The notes beneath the pieces were generated by a model, which was given only the letters and a program-made list of their open reading frames with translations, was not told where the DNA came from and did no database searches. A DNA stretch of 64,000 nucleotides from NCBI GenBank assembly GCA_050230475.1, contig JBFLGF010000043.1, positions 1-64,000 on the forward strand. The letters run 5' to 3'. This document shows positions 50,739-64,000 of the stretch, piece by piece. Origin of the DNA: Ancylonema sp. Lineage: Eukaryota. The position numbers were made by a program, and so were the translations under genes. The number at the start of each line of letters is the position of its first letter. The stretch's first letter is position 1.

Positions 50739-51854
50739 GGAGGAGGAGAAGAAGTTAGGCTAGGGCTGTAGGCCTTTCAGACAATCAGATAGGTAGTCCA
50801 TGGGTGCACCACTTCCTTGGGCAGTAGTGAAGTAGTACCCAAAGTTTGTGGGAAATGGGGCTTCTATGTTGTCCACCCATAAGGGCGAAGGTGTACATTG
50901 CCGTGTTTGCTGCCAACCTGTTCCCCTGCTGTACAACTTGGGTTCAGTGGAGAGCCTCCGTTGCAATTTCAACCTGAGAGGGATGTCTGATGAGGTGCCC
51001 ACTTGCAAGTGGTCAACGCATTGGTCGAGTGGTCAACGCAAGTGGTCAACGAAGCTCCTCAGAGGCAACTAGGAACAATTGCGCTGTCCATTGTGCATGG
51101 CATATCTGGCTTGTTGCCTTTTCAATCCAAGTCACGTGTCAGACGTGTCTGGATTGATTCCGGGCTTCTTTCAGGTTCACGGTTTCTTGTCACGTGGTCG
51201 GATTCTGCGCTCGAACAAGGCATGTCCAGAACGCATCCATCACTTCATTGGACCGTTTCTGGGCAACTAAGGTGCTTAGTATTAACATTTATCAGTCCTT
51301 GAGTCTGTAAGTCATATGCTCCTTCCGTGTTCTGAGTTTGGCAGAAATGGGTTCCAAACGACACAATAGTGATGTGCACAGGCATGTTTCCGCGGGTTTG
51401 AGGACGAAAGAGTATTATCTGAAGCAACAATATCACTCTCATCGGAGTGCTGAACCTTATCATAGACCTGGCTTCACTTGCAACGAACCGTTTCTCCATA
51501 TGATCACGTCTTTTAAGCCTTGTATTGTGGTTGTATTACTATGTGCAAGCTACTTAACAGCCACTCCATCGTGCACATACACCGGTGACATTCAGTGACT
51601 GGTGATATTCATTTTCTGTACGAGAGCCTGCTTGTTCCCTGGTCTGGACATAGTACATCAATTGCATGGACTTAGGGAATGTACAAAAAACCCACACATA
51701 CACAATTTATGTGTAAACACAAAATTCGCACACCAATTCTCCTTCCATTCGAAAATCCCTCAGCACATTGAATAGCAGAGGTGGGGACACCCACAAATAT
51801 ATACAGAGGACCCCATGCCCAAGGATTCAAGGTGGCGGGCTAATTGTTTCACCC

Positions 51855-55543
<3,689 letters not shown>

Positions 55544-57494
55544 GGCCACTGAATCTGGAAATTTATTTGTCAATTATATTATGGCTAATCTATTTTTTCC
55601 TACAACAAAGCGCGTTGTACGGGACACCAGGATAGAGATGCCAAGCTGACGAAACAGGGCTACGAAATGATATCTGCTTAGACAGCGACCTTCTGAAAGC
55701 TGCCAATTGGGGCGAATTGAGTCAGCTGTAGTGTAGGTGGGGCGAGATCCATGAGTTCAGAATGAAGAGGTAATTAGTAGGATCATTCTCAGCTACACGA
55801 ATCGGGCTGCCAACAAAACAACTGAATCACCACCAGCGACCGCTTAACCAAGTCGCGAATGATGACTCTGTCCAGGAAAGAGTAACAGTAGGCAACCGCC
55901 ATCACAATCATGTGCGCGATCACATGATGTTCGCAAGATCACATGAGCCCATTGAGCAAAAAATGGGCTCATGTGGAGAAAATGCGCTCCACAGGATCAG
56001 GGGTGGCAAATTAGGCCCTGATTGCCGTGTGGAGAGTTAATAAACAGAAAACCTTAAGGGTCTAGTAGCCCTTTATATTGCTTTTTATATAACAAAGCTA
56101 CTGGAACCTACCTATCAACTTAGGAGGGGAAGTACAAGACAACAAATCTATCGACTACCATGCATCGACCTGTAGCTCCGTCCTACACAGATCCACAATC
56201 ATTGGAGACGTGCAATAGCTGAATCGGAGGACTTGAGAAGCTTTCGTGATAATATTGTACTCACGTTCTACACGGACAATATAAACTTCAAGCGGTTGCC
56301 AAAAACTACGTGATAATATTTATGTATGAAGTATTAACTTATGAAGAATATTTAGTAAGTAAATAATAATTCAGAGGAGTTTTACTGGGTAGAGTAAACC
56401 CTTTCTAAAGCAATACTGTCGGCATAGGGAAAAAATATTCCTTTGAGGTTATTTCTTTAGACAGAGCCGGTTCTTATCAAATCCGGTTCCGGGATCGGAA
56501 ATATCCATTTCTTTAGAGAGGTTATTCCTTTACACAACATTCCTTAAGACAGATTATACTCTATAAGAGACCCGTTGAAGTTAAATCCATATTTTTTTGT
56601 ATCTTATATCGTAGTTTCCTATGCTTATATCGGGGAATAAGTGGCGGGTAAAAATGAATGTTGAAAATAAAAATTCTTTTAGCGATAAGATTTTTATAAC
56701 GGAGTTTATATATCGAGATTTGAGTGTAGAAACGTGAAGACATTGTAGAAACGTGAAGAAAATAATTCCGACATCTCGTGGCCCCTTCAATCAAGGGGCC
56801 ACGAGCGTTCGGGGATGCTTCGTTGGCCATCGCTACGCCTCCCAATGTGAGCTCACGTAGCCACTTATTTGCTTCCACATCAAAGCCCGAGGCCGGGAAT
56901 TGTGACGCCTTCAGTATCGTCAACCTTGGAAGCGGATGAGGCCACGCGGAAGACAAGGGAAAGGAGTTGCTAATGATACTCATTTCGGGTCATCATCAAA
57001 CATTTTACGGGTGAGCTAACCACCCGATAATCCATAATATCGTCATTTTCTTTTCTCCACTTCGCTTTTCTTTTTTACATTCACTATCCTAACACCCAAT
57101 CCGCAAACTTCTTAGGGCCAGAAAATTTCGCCACCATCCTAGAGTTGGTCAACACATAGGTAATCCGGTCCCATAAAATATGTCCGCCGCGGAATTGTTG
57201 ATGTCCACCACTGTATTGTCTGATGACCCATCTCTGATGTCCACTTATTTTAGAGGCAGACGTGGAGATCAGATTTCTCTCTACGAAACACCATAAGAAT
57301 TGATTTTGATCACCATTTATTAAAAACAAGGATGAAATACGATTTTTTTTATCTCTACATGACACAACAAAAGCTATATTGTTTAAGATACTTGCAAATC
57401 GAAAGGAACTCATGAGAGTCGACCAAGACGTACCTCTCTTGGCTATTTTTTGGCCTTCTTTAGGGCGGCATAGAGCTTGGGACGCTGCTGGATG

Positions 57495-57600
57495 ACACCG
57501 CATAGCAACTACTCCTCGCTTCTCCCATTGAAGCAAGTGTGCCTATCTTCGACTTTCGAAGGAGATGAGTTTAAGCTTACAAAGTTTACAAGTTGCTTTC
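57495..57600 (-). pseudogene. Possible degenerate BED zinc finger of a hAT transposase remnant
   Basis: KATCKLCKLKLISFESRR*AHLLQWEKRGVVAMRC gives CxxC...H...C spacing with one stop. Confidence 0.35.
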
Positions 57601-58780
57601 CTTTCCTATTTCAGCTCTGCTAAGAGGCTGTTTTTTTATTGAGTCTGGCGGATCTTCCTCGAGAGCAACATGTGGTTCATTCTTCGCGTCGGACATGGTG
57701 ACATCTCACACTCCGTGTGACTCTCATGGAAGTCACTACAAATTTTATTAGTGAGAGTGGCCTACGTCGCATCGGTCTAATAATTGGTTTTCGTACAAGG
57801 ATGTTTCGTTTCCAATATGCCTTTTATGCCTTCTGATTGGTAATCATGCTATCATTAACTTGTCGTTTTGATAAGCTTGGTGCCATTTTTATATAGTAAG
57901 GTTCCTCATCGGAAATTACTTAATGGCGTCATGTCTTGTCAATGACATAACCCCATCCCCCAACCTGCATCCGAGAAACCCAGCCAATTATTTCTTGATG
58001 GGCCCGGATTCAGCCATTTTGAGGGGTGCAATTTTGTTTCTAACTACATTTTTTGCCGTATGGGCGTATGCCGGACGTCCGCGTTTGGTAAACGCCGTTT
58101 GGGCCAATTTTTCCCGTTTGCATGCTCATATGGAAATAAAGCAAAATGCAGTAAAAAACCAACCGGTGGCTATGGAATGCAAACCTACTATGCGAATTCC
58201 CACCGTACAATTTTTCGGACCTCTTTATACGCATTCTATGTGAGGTAAAACACTTTCATTTAAGCATCAGGAACTAGAGTACGGCCCGTACGTTCATGAG
58301 TTACCGTTGGTGACTCCTCGTTTTCGGCTCGTGGTAGGCGATGTTATCGGGTAGCAACCTCCTACTGATTCCTACCGATGTGGGAGCCCAATTCGGTGGG
58401 GCATTGGATGGGAGTAGGGATGCACAAGGCGGTACGACGCGGTAAGGAGCGGTGTGATATTGGTAGGGAGGTGGTAGGAAGCAGTGTGGAAACGGTAGGG
58501 AAACGAATCCAAAACGCGTGAATGTATAATTTTAAGTTGAATCATACCCAAAGACAAAAAACTCTAAATGAAGAACCAGGTAAATAGATGATGGGCACAG
58601 CAAAGACAGTAATGGGTGCATGGGCGCCTTTACCATGGTCTCATGTTCGTCAAACGTTTTTATGATTAACGGACATAAAAATGAAGTACCGATTGGATAT
58701 GAGGCAATTGCTTTGATAATCCTAGAAGGAAGCATTAACTTTACGAAATTGATGAACGGATGTAAAACAATAGAAGTTAT

Positions 58781-58896
<116 letters not shown>

Positions 58897-59368
58897 ATCA
58901 TTTGAAGGCTTTAGGGAAACAATACCGAAAAGAATGTATTTATAACAAAGTTCCCTTCTTGGATGAAGGATTGATGTAACACTCAACTAATGTCTTCATC
59001 ATAGGAGTATACTTATTTTTGGTTTATACCTCGATGAAGAATGGATCTGAATTATGTTGACGGTTGGACGATAGGCATTGTCTAGACGAAAGTGTACCTC
59101 TAATCTTGCCAAACCAACGCACTAACGCGACACAATAGAGAATACTTATTAAATTTGTAATTTCAAGTCTCCAAATCTTGCTTCCGATGTTATCTTCCCA
59201 TACCATAAGTATGCGTTGGAAATTTCAAATACCGAAGTCCTCAATCAGATACTTATAGAACTCAATACTAAGAGGATTTTTTCCTCCCTAGAATGAGTCA
59301 CGTCCCCCCCCCCCTCACCAATCAAATCACATTTACTGCCGCAAGACCTCCCATTCCTACACATGATT

Positions 59369-60673
59369 CATAGTTGCACGATCTCCGAACCGTTTTCGAA
59401 CCGGATATTAGATGGAACCGGTTCCGACCAAAGTGGCCGCGGTTCGAAACCGAAGGATTTAGGGTTTTTTTCACTGAAACGTCATTTTGAGGGGTAAGAT
59501 GGCACGGGAATTTCGGAGTTTTTTTTTTTTTTGTTTTTTGGTAGCTCGTTATGCTCTTTTTAAAAAAAATTCCGTATGAGTACATCCTTATGATATTTGG
59601 TACATTTGTTTGTTCTGCTCTTTTTTGCGCACATTGTGTTTCTATTTATGTCCATGCAATTAAACAAAATGGTTATATATTTTTACAATCATCCTATGCT
59701 CATCTCCGTTCCATCATTCTTTTCTCATATTTCCTAATTCTCCTTCTTTTAATATAGCTCTCCTCATTTCCATAAAGGTATTATACTGTTATAAAATACT
59801 TCCATGTCAAAATGTTAACATATTGCGATGATTGTATTCTCATCAATCTTATAATGCCACTTATTTTATATTTCTTCCATTTTCAGTCTTTCACTCTTTC
59901 AAGTTCATTGCTTATATTTCAATACGATACTTGTGTGGTGGTATTAATCTATTATACTGAAAGATTTTCCCTTCCATTCAAAACTCGTATTTCTCTTAAC
60001 TAATATTTTAATGCTGTGCTCTCAACATTTACAAATTTGAAAACATTTTGAAGATCCTATCCATCTACTTTATGTGTTGTTTTCAATATTGTCTCTATAA
60101 ATGCATAACATTTTTGGATTATAATTCTACCATTTACCATCTTCAACTTCTACAATAGTCGGAATATTATAGGTGAACAACATGCCGACTGCACTTTTCC
60201 TCCTCCTTTGCTTTCCCTTATTGACATACCATTTAAGATCTTTCATCTCCTGGTTTTTTTCAATCCCTTTATTTCGATACAAATGATTATACTTCTTTTC
60301 TCATAATGCATTTACTCCTACACTCGCACTCCTTTCGGCAAATAAAATTGCATCACGTCTTATAATGGCGCACTCAAGGAAATTGGAACATACAAATTTT
60401 GCGCCAAATTTTTACGAAGACAACATTTAAACATATTTAAACAATATATTTATCAATATTTGCGAATGTATCAAACGTTAGTGACCGGGTGTCGTAATTT
60501 GCAAGCCGTAGTATCATATATTACCCCCCCCCCTATTTTTTTTGCTTGTGAAATATGTATTTTCCCGCGGAAATCAGGAAAACCCCAAAAATCACCCGGT
60601 TCGCCCGGTTCCGAACCGGTTCCATCTCGGAACCGGTTCCCAAAAAAAAGAACGGTCGGTTCGTGCAACTATG
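59369..60673. mobile_element. Non-autonomous CATAG-type (hAT-like) element
   Basis: TIRs catagttgcacga / tcgtgcaactatg; subterminal gaaccgg/ccggttc repeats; AT-rich interior; TSD degenerate. Confidence 0.75.
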
Positions 60674-62038
60674 ATATTAATGATGGTGATCGGGGATGTG
60701 TAATGCACAAAGTCAGACCGGTGCTTTCAAGGCATCCATGTTTTGGAGACTTGATGTGTTTCGTGAATTTGTTTTCTCCATTTAACGTGTTGGGCCGTAT
60801 CTGATCAGAATATGCCTGATCCGATCGGAATATTTCCGATCCCGCGCCAATCCGGACCGGGTCTCATCAGGCGCCGATACGCATCGGGAATCGGGATGGA
60901 TCGGGACCAACTATGTCATGTCGCAATTAACTTTAGGAGCTTTGACAGGCCGCCAACGATCTCGCCGTAAGTCGTGCCGAGCTAAAACAATCACCACGGA
61001 ACAAGGGGCAAAATAAAATCGTCTCAAAAAGGCTCAAACCGTGAACCATTTTATATGCTCTCATGACATTTTCTGTTATGCTTTTATAACCCTTCATGCT
61101 CCTTGTTTTCCATGTGATACTTCTACAGTTATTGACCCAGTGCACTACACCTCTTACAAATGCGTTCGAGAGAATTGTAAGGCATGTTTAGAAAGGCAAC
61201 TTAAAACCCAGGCCTTCCTTAATCCACCCAACTTATACCATTTTCCCACAAGAGTGTTGCCACATGAAGTGAATGCTCATTGTACAACGAATAATAGTGG
61301 CCTAACGATAATAATAGTGTATGAATGAATGCGGATGAGGCTAGTGTTTTGGATTCATGGAAATTCATCATATTCCCGATGTCTCCACAGTCTTCCTACA
61401 TCAACTGACTTCAACAACCTAAGGGAGGCATTTCGTACGAGCTCCCGAGTTCGACCATTGAATCACATGATAAGCGACGAGCGCGATCGATTGTCGGTGC
61501 ACCGTGTCAAGAGTAAAAATCTGGGTCTGGCTTTAGGAGCGGTGAAGGGTAATGTCGTCAAAGGAACATTACAATGTCCATGAAACGTGAAGCAGGGCTT
61601 ACAATATCTACATAAATTACTCATTTGGAGAAAATTGAAAAGTTTGGCACAAGGTCCAGGAGGCCTACACATTCCAGGACCAAGAGCCATATTGTTTTCC
61701 TCCCTCCCACTACTCATGAATTGTGACATATTGTTTGAAGCATGAAGTCCCCAAGGACAATGTTATTTTTTGGTCAACCCTCTCTTCATCCCTCTTTTCA
61801 AAGAGTCGACACAATAAAAGGACCACGATAGTTTCGTTTTTCGAGGGAGGTTTCATGCTCAGTAGGGCAACAACGCCACACACGAGAGAAAAGAAAGAAT
61901 CTTTGACGAGCCAACATGTACATACCCATAGTCAAAACGGCAACAATCTGTGGACAAGTGAGAAGAGGTACGATTCTACCCCCCCTTGTTGTATCACTAA
62001 TTTCATCACAACCCCAAACACCAACACCATCCCCCCTC

Positions 62039-63979
62039 TTAAGCCTTGAAGCCACGGCTGTTTCGACGCCCACGGGCTTTTTCGAACTTGCGACCCTTTG
62101 AACGAACGTACGGCCTGCAAGCAGAAAGCGAACCAAAATTTGTAAACGACCTACCGGCAAAAGAAAGGTTCCACGGAGCAAAACAACAAACATAGACAAA
62201 GCCTCGCATGTTGTAGCTTCGGCACCGAGAAATGAAACCCATTCTAAAAACCTACACATGCATACGCTACCCCACACACACAAGAGCGACTCAACACTAC
62301 AGCCGGCATGCAACGAAACCCGCCACCACATATCACCTATCACATATCACCTCTCTCGCTTGTCAATTCGATCTCCCACACAACCAATTGTATGAACCCC
62401 GTCACATAAGATACCAACAACATGAACAGAAGCAAGCCCTCTGAGGCTCTAACACATATAAACCTCCATCCCAGTCAGCGCCAGTCTCTGAGCGAGACTG
62501 GGCTCAGCAACCACACAGACGGGCCCAGTGAGCCCTGTGTTGATTCTCTTACTTGGTATGGCTGTGTGGCACACCCACCCCCGGGCCACAGTGCTTGTTG
62601 GCCTCGCGAGCCGTTTTCCTGCCTCGGAGCAGAATCTGAGCCCCACATATTCACACCACCGAGTTACCTCCTGACCCTACTGCTCTCCACTCTTTCCCTC
62701 TCATTGTTTTCCATGAGATGCGCCACTCTCCCTTTGAAATAACCACGAGCAGGAGGTATCCGCTAGACTATACAAACTCGAACTGTGCTCCTCCCTAATG
62801 CTTTCCTTCCACTCCCTCCCACATTTCTCCCACACGCCCCTCATGTACTTCAAGGGTCATCCACCCAACCTGGCCACGTACGAATTCGAACCTACTCATA
62901 GCTGCTGACCTGGACACCATTCTCCTCTACAACACCCGATCCCGACGTGTTTCTCGCATTTTGTGGAAGTAGGTCGACCAAACACTTCCGAACTCAGGCG
63001 CACCTCTTCCCATTATCCCCACCCCCCCCTCCATCCCACTCCCCCCCCCAGCCCCTCACCGTGTTTGATCCCGTAGGGGCGGTGAGCGCCAGCTGGTCAA
63101 ACGTCAAGCACTCCCCTCCTGCTTTCAAGATCCGTGCTCGGGCCGTCTCCGTGAACCTGAGCGCGCATCCCTTGAGGGCAGGGACTTCGTACGTCCGCAC
63201 ATCGTCCGTCACTGTCCCCACCAGGACGGCGATTTTGTCCTCCTGCAAAAAACATGCAAACCCTGGTGCTGTTAATCGTGGTTGAATCGTTTTACTCTTA
63301 ACAGGGCTCGGTGGAGAAGAAATCAAACATCATGTTAAACAACGAATGCACTTAAGCGCATTGTGTTTTTTGCTGCCGGTGCTTTTACATAAAAAATGGC
63401 ACACAACCCCTGTCCGCATATGCCCCAGATCCTTGCCCTCTCGTACCTTCCCCTTCATGTACGTGATAAGTCGCGAGAGTGACAGCGGCGGCTTGTTGGT
63501 TCGGCTCATGAACAAACGCTTCAGGATCACTTTGTTGAAGGGGCTCTCTGTTCTTCGGACCACAAAGCGGTAGAGCTGGACAACGAATCGACAAAATTTA
63601 GTTCAAAAATCTATGTGCAATCACACTGCCGACCATCCAGTGGTCCAATCACAGCTCCACAGACTCCCTCAGTGCGACTGGGCTTGATGGAAAACCCACC
63701 CAACGTATTTTGCACCGACGTACGGTACAAAGGTACTACGCCCTTTTCACATGAGCAGGGTAAACCCCAATACGGCTCTCCATCCTCCATCATTTTTATA
63801 AGTAAGAACACGCCCGTGGTACAAAATCTGAATACAACTCGCACCTCTATATCCCCGCCAAACGCAAACACATTGTCACACAGACGTACCTTCACGAGCA
63901 ACTTGAGGTAAACATCGCCACTTTTGGGGGCAGTGCGCTTTGTCTTCTTATTCCGCCCCCCGGCCTTCAAGTCGATACC
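62039..63979 (-). CDS. RPL18: 60S ribosomal protein L18 (eL18); start-codon exon probably lies beyond the window end
   Basis: Exons encode [111 protein letters not shown]. Confidence 0.96.
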
Positions 63980-64000
63980 CTACACAGCTCAGGCCATGGT

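Noticed and set aside
62120..63890. Possible intronic snoRNAs in RPL18
   Set aside because: No clear box C/D pair with a terminal stem seen; would need a covariance-model search

Overview
Eukaryotic nuclear DNA from the green lineage. It is most likely a streptophyte alga or early-diverging plant (inferred from plant-type genes, short spliceosomal introns and a nad1 NUMT). Eight intron-containing host genes: RBM39/CAPER-like splicing factor, an uncharacterised membrane protein, NAT9-like acetyltransferase, SDR carbonyl reductase, Aha1-N domain protein, COG2, FTSH11-like protease and partial RPL18. They are interspersed with hAT-type and Tc1/mariner-type non-autonomous transposons. The standout is a degenerate minus-strand Ty3/gypsy retrotransposon (~14.6-31.3 kb). 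It has a DNMT3/DRM-like cytosine methyltransferase domain between protease and RT, and a frameshifted PHD finger after the integrase, so one element carries both a chromatin writer and a reader. A complete chromovirus (LTRs 24364-24822 and 29448-29897, TSD CCAGA, Tf1-like self-priming site) has inserted into its gag. Exon boundaries and motifs were read by eye; no database searches were run.
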